Notes: a model not told the origin generated them from the letters alone. Positions 28,515-38,112 are shown, counted from the stretch's first letter. The stretch is 57,008 nucleotides of DNA from Mageeibacillus sp. UBA1046 (GCA_002316595.1 DCDV01000006.1:1217-58224); one strand, 5' to 3'. Translations and numbers: made by a program.

Positions 28515-31500
28515 ATGGAAATTAAATGGACAAAGGAACAACTGCAGACTTTCAAGTATAACCGGGCGAATAATCTGTTGATTTCTGCTGCCGCCGGTTC
28601 CGGCAAGACAACTGTTATGACTCAGCGAATTGTGCGGCGCCTGGCGTCAGGGAAGGTTGAGCCGGACAGGATTGTCGTCATGACTTTTACCGAGCTGGCA
28701 GCCCTGCAGATGGCGCAGAAGATTGAATCCGTGATCCGTAAACTGCAGGAGGAAGCAGCTGAGCCAGAGAAGAAACTTCGTGCGCGCGAGCTTGTCAGAC
28801 AGCTTCCAGCCATGAAGATCTCTACTATTCATTCTTTTTGTAAGAGTGTTATTACTGATTATATCAGCGAGCTGACTGACGAAGAGGGAAATCCACTGCT
28901 GGAGCCGGGCTATCAAGTCCTGAAAGAAGAGGAAAAGAAGCTGCTTCTGGATGAGGCTACTGACGATGTGCTGAATACGCTTTACCGTCTGGATTATTCC
29001 TTGTCCATGTCCGGTTATGAAAACGATAGTAACGGTCAGGCGCCAAAATCCGGGCAGACGAGTTTCAAATACAGCTTGTCCCGGGAATTACCCCGGCTGC
29101 GCGGCGAGATTTATCCCTTTGTATTGGCCGGGAGAAATCTTAATTTATCCACCTGGCTGGTTGATTTTCGTCTTCTTTCTGCTGCCATTGCTCCTGGCTA
29201 TGATGATTTGCCGTTGCGCAGCAATTTAACCAATATGCTGGGAAAACTGCGCAGCATGGCGGATTATGGATCATGGGTACAAAAAGAGCTCGAGAGAAAT
29301 TTCCTGGAAAATAAAAATTGGCAGGCGTCTCCTTTTGTCGAGGAATTGTTCTCTCAGCTGAGAGAATATCTGGAACCGGCCATGAGTGATCTGGCAAAGT
29401 TGAAAGAGCTGCATTATTGGGAGCGCATCTTTGATCCGCAGGGAAAAGCCAAAACGATCACTGGCCTGGCAGACTCCATGGCAGCAATCGCTGAGGTATT
29501 GCCCCAGCTGGCTGACGCTCTTAAAGTCGGGAATGACTGGGATGCAGTATCTAATCTGGGCAGACAGCTGCCGCATGTAACTGTACTTAAGGGTGGCAGC
29601 GGAGTGGACGGGAAAGAGTTCAATCAACTCTTCAATGAAAATATTTCCCGAGTGCTTGCGCTTATCACCTCAAACTTTCAAAACAGCAGAGGCAAAAAAT
29701 TGGATAAGTACTATGAAGACTCCTATCCCTGGTTTAGTCTCAGCAGCAAGGAGGTAGAAAAGAGTGTTACAGCCAGTTTCGGACCCCTCTGCAGATATTT
29801 TGAAATTATTCTGTTGATTGACCTGCGTTTCCAGCAGCTGAAGCTGAGAAAAAATAAAGTAGATTTCAATGACTTCGAGCATTATGCTCTGCAGCTCCTA
29901 AAAAAGCCGCAGATACACGAAGAGTATACTCAACGCTTTCAGGAAATATATATCGATGAATATCAAGACACGAGCAGCATTCAGGAAGCGGTTATCAAAT
30001 CTTTCGCTGCTAACAATATCTGCATGGTTGGAGATATTAAACAAAGCATCTACCGTTTCCGCTACGCTAATCCGGATCTTTTCCGGGCTAAACAGGGGTG
30101 CTTTATTGACTGTCCGCAAGAAGACGGGCAAGAAACTGATGACGATTACTCTTCGCTTACTCCCCTGCCGGAAGGATACCTGATCAATCTCAACCGGAAT
30201 TTCCGCAGTGTTCCCGGCATAATCGACTTTGTCAACAGTTGTTTTTCTTCTTTCCTCAGTAAAGACAGCGGTGAAATTGAGTATGATGATTCACAGGCTC
30301 TGGTCGCAGGCAGAAAGGGCGGAGAGGAGCAGGCAGTACAGCTGCTCCTGGCCATGTGTTCTGAAGAGGACGACCAGTCAATCTCAGATGAAGACAGCGA
30401 GACAATTGCTGATGAATCTCAGTCTGACAAGAGAGTCTGGGAAGAACAGGGGTTTAATCTCAAACCCAAAGATCAGGAAGCGGCAGCTTTACTGGCTGCA
30501 GCAAAGATCAGAGAGCTTACCGGCCGGAAAAAATATAGTTTGAAAGATATCGCTATTCTGGCTCCAAACCATAAAACCCTGGATATTTGGCGCAGTGCTT
30601 TGATCGGTCAGGGCATAAACGTAGCAGGGATACCTAAACGCGAGTTCTTAGATTCACCTGTCCTGCGACAATTAGAGGCTCTGGTACAGGTTCTCGACAA
30701 CAGCAGACAGGATTTCCCCCTCACTGCAGTTCTCCTCTCAGGTATTCTGGGCGAGAGGCTCAGCGAAGAGGAATTGCTTTCCATCGCTGTTGAGACCGAG
30801 ACAGTGCTCCCTGCTTCAACAGAGAATGCTGCAAACGACTCCTTGGAGATACCTCCGGCAGTAACCGGAGCCGAAACTGTCGAAACCGAAGCTGTCGGAG
30901 CCAAAGACGCCCGAGTCGTTTCTGCCGGAGCCGAAGCTGCCGGAGCCGAAGCCATTTCTGCCGAAGGCGAATCTGCCGAAGCCGAAGCTGTCGAAACCGA
31001 AGCTGGCGGAGCCAAAGACGCCCGAGTCGTTTCTGCCGGAGCCGAAGCTGCCCAAGGCGAATCTGTCGGAGCCGAAGTTGAAGTTTGCAAAGCCGAAGGC
31101 ACCGGACCCCTGGTTATCGAAGCCACCTCCTCAGATCTGGATGATGACGAGGATGCCCGGCCGCAAAGTTATCGTGAGCCATATTACTTACGCCTCAACG
31201 CCTTCGCCAATTCACAATCAGATAATGACAATCACGAATTGAAATCAAAACTAGCCGGATTGCTGGACAAGATAGAGCATTGGCGCCTTCTTGCGGAAGA
31301 TCTGACAGTACATGCTCTTCTGACCAGGATTATCGCGGACAGCAGCTATGCTGACTATTTAGAGCATCGGCGTTTCGCCTCAGAGAATCTGGCTGATTTG
31401 GAGAGCTTCCTCGATTGGGTAAAAGGCTTGGAACAAGATGGCCCTCTTAGTGTCGGCACGCTTGCCCGCTATATTCATAACCTGCGAGAGAAGGACGAAA

Positions 31501-33404
31501 GCCCGGAGGAGATAGAGCCTGCGGTTTCAGCCAGAGATGCCGTTCAGGTAATGACTGTCCATGCAAGTAAAGGCTTGGAGTTTCCTGTTGTTTTTCTGGC
31601 CGGCCTGGACAGCGAATACCACAGGCGTGGCAGTTATCGGTTCGCTAATATCAGTGAAAATATTGGCATAACAAGCTTCAGCATTGATCCAGAAGGTGGC
31701 GGTATTTATCTTAATATTCCGCATCAAGTGCAGCTCGAAGCTGAGATGATGGCTGAAAAAGCCGAAAAATGGCGTCTGTTGTACGTTGCAATGACACGCG
31801 CCGAAGATCATCTTTATCTGGTCGACGCGCTCGACAAACCGTATGGCAACATTGCTGACAACGCTCAGGATATTGAGGAAGCAGTGCAGGCCGCTCTAGC
31901 CAATGACGGCCGCCTTACTTCTGATACTTTGAGCAAGATAAGTGATAATCGTAAGCTGCTCTTCTATCTTCTTTATCTGGCCGATCAGCATAATGGCAGA
32001 CTGTTGCTTGAGGCAAAAGAAGGAGTATTCTCTTTCCCGCATCTGGAGGCTCATGTCGTTCCCAGAGAAAAAATCATGCAGCATGTTTACAGCGAAACAT
32101 TGCAGAAAATGACACTGGATGACAAGACAATCAAAATTACCCGTACGGGAAAGATTAATCCGCAAGAACTATGGCTGCAACTGGGAGAAGATCCTGCTAA
32201 GTACGAGAATGAGATAACGGAGATCAGCAAAATTCTCAGCGCTGATGTATCTGGCGGCGAATTGGCAAAAGCTCCGGGCAAAATTACTGTGACGGAGCTT
32301 AAAAGGACTTTCAGTCTGCTTTCGGAGAGAGAGAGAGTGGAGGAGGGTCTGAGCAGTGAGGCCTCTCTTTTCCCGGATATGTCATTTCAGTTGAATCAAC
32401 CTGAGACAAAGATCGGGACCGCTCGTGCCAGGATGGTTACACCTGCTTTCAAGGATTCAGCACTTAACAAGACAGAGACCGTTCCCGATTATCCGGATGC
32501 AGCCGGACTCTCGGATCTGACAGGGATAATTGATTTAGCCGTTCCCGATCATCCGGATTCAGCATCTGCCACGGATGGCACACTAGCCGAAATGGATGCA
32601 GCTGCAGCCGAGAAAGAGGCAGTACAAGGCAGCAACAGGAGTTGCATAACCTCTGCTCAGCTAGGTATCGCACTGCATACCGTATTTCAGTTCCTTGACT
32701 TTGGCCGCTTATTAAGCAGCGATATTTCTGACAGCGGCAGCGGAAGATCCGCCAGTACCAGTCGAAACGACGGGTCCGGAGTCACCAGCCGAAGTGATGG
32801 GTCCGGAGTCAGCAGCCGAAGCGACGGGTCCGGAGTCACCAGCCGAAGTGACGGATCCGGCGTCACCAGCCTAAGCGATGGGTCCGCCGCCGGCGTTGAA
32901 GACGAATATCTGTCTCAGCTTAAGGAGATGGTCAGCAAACAAATGCTCCTGCCCGAGGAAATGGCGGCAGTTCTTCCCTTTTACGACAATGCCCGGCAAT
33001 TTGCGCTGTCAGAGAGCGGTCAAAGATTAATCAGAGCGGAGGCGGAGGGGAAAAAGGTATTCCGCGAGCAGCCATTCACTCTGGCTGTTCCGGCTTTAAC
33101 CACATCAGCCGCCAAGCAATTCCAGTCTGAAAAGTTCAATTTAGCGGTTCCGCAGGCAGATGACGACATTACGCTGCTGCAGGGCATGATCGACTTGTGG
33201 TTTCTTGATGATCAGGGTCTTATATTGATAGACTTTAAGTCTGACTATGTACCTTCTGACCTTGATGAAGCGACTGCCCGGGTTCGTGAACGCTACTATG
33301 TTCAAATTGAGTCTTATGCCGAAGCAATACGGCGCGCCACCGGTATTGAAGTCACTGACAAAAAAATCTGGCTTATCCGACCTTCGCTTGAGATAGATTT
33401 TTGA
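28515..33404 (+). CDS. addA: helicase-exonuclease AddAB subunit AddA (oversized, 1629 aa)
   Basis: UvrD/Rep motifs: AAAGSGKTT, IYIDEYQDTS, VGDIKQSIYRFR, LNRNFRS, VMTVHASKGLEFPVVF, LLYVAMTRAEDHLY. C-terminal nuclease GMIDLWF...IDFKSDY ... YYVQIESY. Confidence 0.9.
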   Translation: MEIKWTKEQLQTFKYNRANNLLISAAAGSGKTTVMTQRIVRRLASGKVEPDRIVVMTFTELAALQMAQKIESVIRKLQEEAAEPEKKLRARELVRQLPAMKISTIHSFCKSVITDYISELTDEEGNPLLEPGYQVLKEEEKKLLLDEATDDVLNTLYRLDYSLSMSGYENDSNGQAPKSGQTSFKYSLSRELPRLRGEIYPFVLAGRNLNLSTWLVDFRLLSAAIAPGYDDLPLRSNLTNMLGKLRSMADYGSWVQKELERNFLENKNWQASPFVEELFSQLREYLEPAMSDLAKLKELHYWERIFDPQGKAKTITGLADSMAAIAEVLPQLADALKVGNDWDAVSNLGRQLPHVTVLKGGSGVDGKEFNQLFNENISRVLALITSNFQNSRGKKLDKYYEDSYPWFSLSSKEVEKSVTASFGPLCRYFEIILLIDLRFQQLKLRKNKVDFNDFEHYALQLLKKPQIHEEYTQRFQEIYIDEYQDTSSIQEAVIKSFAANNICMVGDIKQSIYRFRYANPDLFRAKQGCFIDCPQEDGQETDDDYSSLTPLPEGYLINLNRNFRSVPGIIDFVNSCFSSFLSKDSGEIEYDDSQALVAGRKGGEEQAVQLLLAMCSEEDDQSISDEDSETIADESQSDKRVWEEQGFNLKPKDQEAAALLAAAKIRELTGRKKYSLKDIAILAPNHKTLDIWRSALIGQGINVAGIPKREFLDSPVLRQLEALVQVLDNSRQDFPLTAVLLSGILGERLSEEELLSIAVETETVLPASTENAANDSLEIPPAVTGAETVETEAVGAKDARVVSAGAEAAGAEAISAEGESAEAEAVETEAGGAKDARVVSAGAEAAQGESVGAEVEVCKAEGTGPLVIEATSSDLDDDEDARPQSYREPYYLRLNAFANSQSDNDNHELKSKLAGLLDKIEHWRLLAEDLTVHALLTRIIADSSYADYLEHRRFASENLADLESFLDWVKGLEQDGPLSVGTLARYIHNLREKDESPEEIEPAVSARDAVQVMTVHASKGLEFPVVFLAGLDSEYHRRGSYRFANISENIGITSFSIDPEGGGIYLNIPHQVQLEAEMMAEKAEKWRLLYVAMTRAEDHLYLVDALDKPYGNIADNAQDIEEAVQAALANDGRLTSDTLSKISDNRKLLFYLLYLADQHNGRLLLEAKEGVFSFPHLEAHVVPREKIMQHVYSETLQKMTLDDKTIKITRTGKINPQELWLQLGEDPAKYENEITEISKILSADVSGGELAKAPGKITVTELKRTFSLLSERERVEEGLSSEASLFPDMSFQLNQPETKIGTARARMVTPAFKDSALNKTETVPDYPDAAGLSDLTGIIDLAVPDHPDSASATDGTLAEMDAAAAEKEAVQGSNRSCITSAQLGIALHTVFQFLDFGRLLSSDISDSGSGRSASTSRNDGSGVTSRSDGSGVSSRSDGSGVTSRSDGSGVTSLSDGSAAGVEDEYLSQLKEMVSKQMLLPEEMAAVLPFYDNARQFALSESGQRLIRAEAEGKKVFREQPFTLAVPALTTSAAKQFQSEKFNLAVPQADDDITLLQGMIDLWFLDDQGLILIDFKSDYVPSDLDEATARVRERYYVQIESYAEAIRRATGIEVTDKKIWLIRPSLEIDF
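30879..31052 (+). repeat. in-frame about 63-bp near-identical duplication, 111-bp period (Ala/Glu/Gly/Val-rich) inside addA
   Basis: GTCGAAACCGAAGCTG(T/G)CGGAGCCAAAGACGCCCGAGTCGTTTCTGCCGGAGCCGAAGCTGCC at 30879 and 30990. Confidence 0.85.
32760..32894 (+). repeat. about 5 x 27-bp in-frame tandem repeat (SRSDGSGVT) inside addA
   Basis: Units at 32760, 32787, 32814, 32841 and a degenerate unit at 32868. Confidence 0.9.
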
Positions 33405-33545
33405 TCGGCGAAAACATACACGGCTCGTAATGAATAAAGCCAGATATTTCATATTTTTTGTAGATGCTGAGAAAACAAAAAAGAGTCGAAGGCGTTCAAA
33501 TATGAATTCGGAATGTATTTAGATTGGAAAGGGATACTGACCGCA

Positions 33546-34070
33546 ATGAGTAATTCAGAATATAGCCAAGTAATTCATCCCCTGCCCCCGCTATATGATC
33601 AGAACAGCCGTATCCTGATTCTTGGCAGTTTTCCCTCGATAAAAACTCGAGAGGCAGGTTTTTTCTATGGGCATCCGCAGAATCGATTCTGGCCAATGCT
33701 GTCAGCACTGCTGGAAATTGATCCGCCGCTCTCAGCCACTGAGCCAGAACGGACAAGCAGGATTGTACTGGCAAGAAACATTGCCATGTGGGATAGTATC
33801 GAGTCCTGTGGGATTATCGGCAGCAGTGACAGCTCAATTCGCAATGTAGTTCCGAATGACTTTACAAAGATCTTCGCCACTGCCGATATCAAGCATGTTT
33901 TCTGTAACGGCAGCACAGCATACAGGTACTATCGCCAATACCGGCATCGGACTGACAAGATTGGCGTCAGTCGCATGCCGAGCACTTCCCCGGCAAATGC
34001 AGCTAAGTCGCTGGAGGATCTGATCCGGGAATGGTCTGTAATTCTTCCTCTTATTAATGTAAATTCATGA
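33546..34070 (+). CDS. DNA-deoxyinosine glycosylase-like protein (UDG superfamily)
   Basis: ORF 33513..34070. ILILGSFPSIKTREAGFFYGHPQNRFWPML matches the GSFPS...HP-N-FW signature as I remember it. Internal ATG at 33546 is the likely start. Confidence 0.7.
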   Translation: MSNSEYSQVIHPLPPLYDQNSRILILGSFPSIKTREAGFFYGHPQNRFWPMLSALLEIDPPLSATEPERTSRIVLARNIAMWDSIESCGIIGSSDSSIRNVVPNDFTKIFATADIKHVFCNGSTAYRYYRQYRHRTDKIGVSRMPSTSPANAAKSLEDLIREWSVILPLINVNS

Positions 34071-34283
34071 AGAACCTCCTGATCCATGTTCGGATATGGA
34101 GGTACTGCATAAATTCAGCTAAAGAGGTCACTTATCTTGGAGCCATCTCAAGGTTACCCGGCTCAAGGTTACCTGGTGAGTATTCCAGTAACACTTATCT
34201 TGTTTAGCTGTGAGTTCGTCTGGATTTAATCGAACGACTTTCCTGCGACATCTTAAAACTGCTGCCAGCTACGGGATAAAGGA

Positions 34284-35701
34284 TTAATCATCAATCTCGT
34301 AAGTCAATATTTTTCCTGAGTAAGCATCTATCTCATAATCGTACTCGGTATCGCCCACTTCAAATTCTACTTCATAATATTTTTGGCCATCATCGCTATC
34401 GAGTTCCGTGTCCAGATCATGCACTTGACTCCTGCTGACACCGGCATGTTTGAAGGCGATATCTTCAGCTCTCTGAACGCCTATATAAGTTGATCCGGCT
34501 TTTGCAGTCGCAGCAGGTGTACTGGTTGGTGAAGTTGTACCTGACGGTTTGTCATTGTTCTCGCTGGCCGGCAAAGTGGCAGTCGGCTTCTCAGTGACAG
34601 CAGGCTTTTCACGATCGGAATCTAATTGCAGAATATCACCTGTCTTCGCGTCAATCTTGTATGAAAATTTCAAATTAATCACTTTGAAATTAATCTCATA
34701 AATCATGCTGCCATCTAAGTAACCTGTTGAAAGCTCTCTGACTTCAGCTTCAGAATAACCGACGTGCATGAAGGCTATTTCTTTTGCTTTCTGCATTCCG
34801 ATATAAGCTTAGTGCTGGCATGTCCGATAATATTGATCTTCCCAATTTCAGGCTGACGGGCTTCTATCAGTAAATAGAGATCATTAATAGATAGTCCTGC
34901 GATATCTTCATAGTTAATTGTCGGATCAGCTTGCACCAGCTGCTCAATCAAAGCGGCTTTCCCGGGCGAAATTCCATACTGCTCAGCTAATGCTTCAAAG
35001 TGATCATAGTCAGATGATGACTGGCCCAAAATGGCGCTGTCAAGAGAGAAACTGCGCAGTAGACTGTCAACTTCTGCTGATAATCTTTGCTGCAGCTGCT
35101 CGCCCTTAGTTTCGTCCTCGCTATTGACCGTGATCAGTATGGAATTGTTGATTTCAGATAAATAGCCATGTCGGATCATTGATCCTATCAGGGCATTAAC
35201 TGCGACATCAAGATCGATACCTTTCAGTTCCATATCACCTATGACAGTCATTGCTTCACTGTTACGCGAACTGACTTTAAGTATTTTTTCAGCTTTGTTG
35301 ACTGACAGTTCGATGCTCGGATTGACGTCGAAAGCTACAACAGCCTGTGTGGTGTAATTTAAGCTGAGCCAAAAGCTGAATACTATCATCAGTACAGCTG
35401 CAATCGGCACAAGAGCCGTTAGCCAGCTCCGAGAACGAGATTTCCTGCCCGTAAAAGCTGTAGTCTTCTCAGATCTGTCGCTCGGTGAAGTAATATCCTC
35501 AGAACTGCCGTTAGGCGAAGCTGTAACTCTTACAGATCTTTCATTTGGAATATTATCGTTTAAGATTACATCAGAATTGTCTGTTCGCAGGATTTGTTTG
35601 TTTTCCATATGTTTGAGAACATTTGTCAGCACATCCGGAGAAGATGTTTCTACTGCGCGTTTCAGTCTATTCTGAATCATTTTATTATCATTCTCTTTCA
35701 T
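34284..35701 (-). pseudogene. membrane-anchored RsgI-like juxtamembrane domain + 2x PepSY protein, copy A, split by an apparent 1-nt frameshift
   Basis: ORFs 34775..35701 and 34284..34796 overlap in different frames. Comparison with copy B (…SSKGYIGADQAKEIAFRH) shows the reading should continue …STKL(Y)IGMQKAKEIAFMH. Confidence 0.55.
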
Positions 35702-36691
35702 TTAATTTTCCCCTAACAGTTTTCGGAGTTTGGCTAAGGAGCGGTGATATTTTGATAGGGCGGTACCCAGAGGAATCCCAAGTATTTGAGTCAAGCTCGA
35801 TTTCCTGCTTAGTGACGTCTGCCTCGGATACTTCTGCATGCCTGAAGGCAATCTCTTTGGCCTGATCAGCGCCTATATATCCTTTACTGCTGGCCTGGCC
35901 GGAAGTTCTAACCTTATCCATGTGCGCCTGACGTCCTTCGATTAAGAGATTGAGGTCGTTGATCGACAATCCGACAATATCTTCATATTTCAGCTCAGGA
36001 TCATACTCTACCAGCCGTTTGATCAAAGCTGCTTTGCCGGGAGAGATGCCATAGGCTTCCGCCAGTTCAGCAATATCATCATCGGCAGATGCAGTCTGAC
36101 TCATAATGGCCCCATCGACTGAGAGCCCTTTCAGCAAGCCTTCTACATCCTCAGACAGGCGCTGCTGCAGCTGCTCACCTTTTTTTGCATTATTGCTGTT
36201 GACTGTGATCAGAATCGAGTTGTTTATTTCTGAGATATAACCTTTTTGCACCATGGATCCTATCAGAGCATTGACTGCAACATCCAGATTCACACCCTTT
36301 AAATCCATGTCACCGACAACTTCATGAGCTTCTGAGTTTCTATTATTGACCTTCAATACTTTTTCCGCCCGATTTACTGACAGTTCGATGCTTGGGTTGA
36401 CGTCAAAGGCGACAACGGCATCTGTTGCGTAGTTGGCAAAGCCAAACCAAACACCGAATACCAGAACTAATGCTGCTGCGACAGGTATGACAGCCATAAG
36501 CCACCGGCGAGGCGGCAATTTTTTTTTTGTATAGTTGCTTCTTTTTGCGCTGTATAAACTGAGTTATTAGTATTCATTTTAAAAACTCCTTTTTTTTCAA
36601 TATTTTTAAGCACATAAGGCAAGGCATCAGGAACAGCCGTTTCTACGGCTCTTTTCAGTCTGTTCTTAATCATTCGGTTACTTTGTTTCAT
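35688..36691 (-). pseudogene. paralogue copy B, split at an A10 tract and truncated within its first PepSY domain
   Basis: ORFs 36467..36691 and 35688..36518 overlap. An A11 tract would fuse …ATIQKKK-LPPRRWLMAVIPVAAAL, matching copy A …RKSRSRSWLTALVPIAAVL. The C-terminus ends about 30 aa into the PepSY domain. Confidence 0.55.
36519..36528 (-). repeat. A10 homopolymer (T10 on the plus strand) at the frameshift site
   Basis: Read directly from the sequence: ggcggcaaTTTTTTTTTTgtatag. Confidence 0.95.
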
Positions 36692-36911
36692 GGGCCAGCC
36701 TCTCCGGGCTATTCTGCGATCTCATGTGCAATCGCATTAACCCTTCACCTATATATAACGGATGAGAAGCAGGTTTTATTGCATGAGTTAAAAAATATAT
36801 TTGAAAATATTTAATGATTACTATTCTATTGAAATTGCTTTGTGCTAACATAATACTTTGGGAACAGTAATTATATTGTCTCCTAAGCAAAGCTTGATAG
36901 AAGGAATTAAC

Positions 36912-38096
36912 ATGGCGAGACTGACAGGAACTACAGCCCGGGGCATACGTGCTCCCATTATTCGTGAAGGTGACGACCTTGTAGCCATTGTGACTGACAG
37001 TGTGCTTAAGGCAGGCCAGGCTGAGCCATTCACTATCAATGATCGCGATGTGATTGCTATCACAGAGGCAATTGTTGCCCGGGCGCAGGGGAATTATGCC
37101 ACTGTTGATCAGATAGCCGCTGCCATTAAACAGAAGTTCCCTGCAGGCAGAGCCGGCATTGTCTTTCCCATCCTCAGCCGCAATCGCTTTGCCACTATGC
37201 TGAAGGCATTCGCCAGAGCTCTGGACCATATCACCATGCAGATGTCTTACCCTGCCGATGAAGTGGGGAACGCTCTGGTCAGTCTTGAGCAAGTAGATGA
37301 AACAGATATTAATCCTTACTCGGATGTCTTGAGTGAAGATCGTTTCCGGAAACTCTTTGGCACTAATCCTCATCCCTTTACGAAGGTTAATTATATGAGT
37401 CTCTATCATGATATATGTCGTGAGGAAGACTGCGATTTAACTATTATCCTTGCTAATGATGTCCGTGAAATCCTTAAACATGAGAAAGATATTCTTACCT
37501 GCGATGTTCACAACAGAAAAAGGTCTTTGCGTCTTCTTCGTGAAGCCGGAGCAAAAAATCCCTGGAATCTGGAGGATATTCTCACTTCTTCCGTGGATGG
37601 CAGCGGTTATAATCCTGAATTCGGACTGCTGGGAGCCAATAAAGCCTCTGAAGAAAAAGTGAAACTGTTTCCGCGCGACTCGCAAAGTTATGTTGACGCT
37701 ATCCAAGATCTGATGCTGAAGAAAACAGGCAAAAAGGTGGAAGTAATGGTTTATGGTGACGGAGCTTTTCGCGACCCTGTATACCAGATATGGGAATTAG
37801 CGGATCCGGTTGTATCGCCCGCCTTTACTCAGGGACTGGCAGGCACGCCTCACGAGGTCAAACTAAAATACATCGCTGACAACGAATTTGCTGGGCTTTG
37901 CGGCAATGACCTCAAAGATGCCGTAAGTGAATATATTCATCTGCAGAAGCAAGAAGACGAGGATTTGTCTCTGGGCACTACCCCAAGGAGGCTCTATGAT
38001 CTTCTGGGTTCCTTGTCTGATCTCACATCCGGATCAGGTGATAAAGGAACACCAATCGTTCTTATCCAGGGTTATTTCGATTCCTACGCTGATTGA
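36912..38096 (+). CDS. CofE-like (F420-0:gamma-glutamyl ligase family) protein with large internal insertion
   Basis: ORF 36858..38096. ATG at 36912 (MARLTGT). IIREGDDLVAIV, VIAITEAIVARAQG, GYNPEFGLLGANKAS, MVYGDGAFRDP and GDKGTPIVLIQGY parallel CofE blocks. Confidence 0.65.
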   Translation: MARLTGTTARGIRAPIIREGDDLVAIVTDSVLKAGQAEPFTINDRDVIAITEAIVARAQGNYATVDQIAAAIKQKFPAGRAGIVFPILSRNRFATMLKAFARALDHITMQMSYPADEVGNALVSLEQVDETDINPYSDVLSEDRFRKLFGTNPHPFTKVNYMSLYHDICREEDCDLTIILANDVREILKHEKDILTCDVHNRKRSLRLLREAGAKNPWNLEDILTSSVDGSGYNPEFGLLGANKASEEKVKLFPRDSQSYVDAIQDLMLKKTGKKVEVMVYGDGAFRDPVYQIWELADPVVSPAFTQGLAGTPHEVKLKYIADNEFAGLCGNDLKDAVSEYIHLQKQEDEDLSLGTTPRRLYDLLGSLSDLTSGSGDKGTPIVLIQGYFDSYAD

Positions 38097-38112
38097 CGTC
38101 ACAAGAAGCTTC

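Noticed and set aside
30608-31126. 172-aa Ala/Ser-rich ORF on the minus strand
   Set aside because: It lies antisense inside addA exactly over the repeat module. The open frame is a by-product of the GC-rich repeats.
36678-37409. 243-aa ORF on the minus strand
   Set aside because: It overlaps the well-supported CofE-like gene on the plus strand, has no recognisable motifs and is rich in odd Cys/His/Ser composition. It would also need to overlap the copy-B start region.
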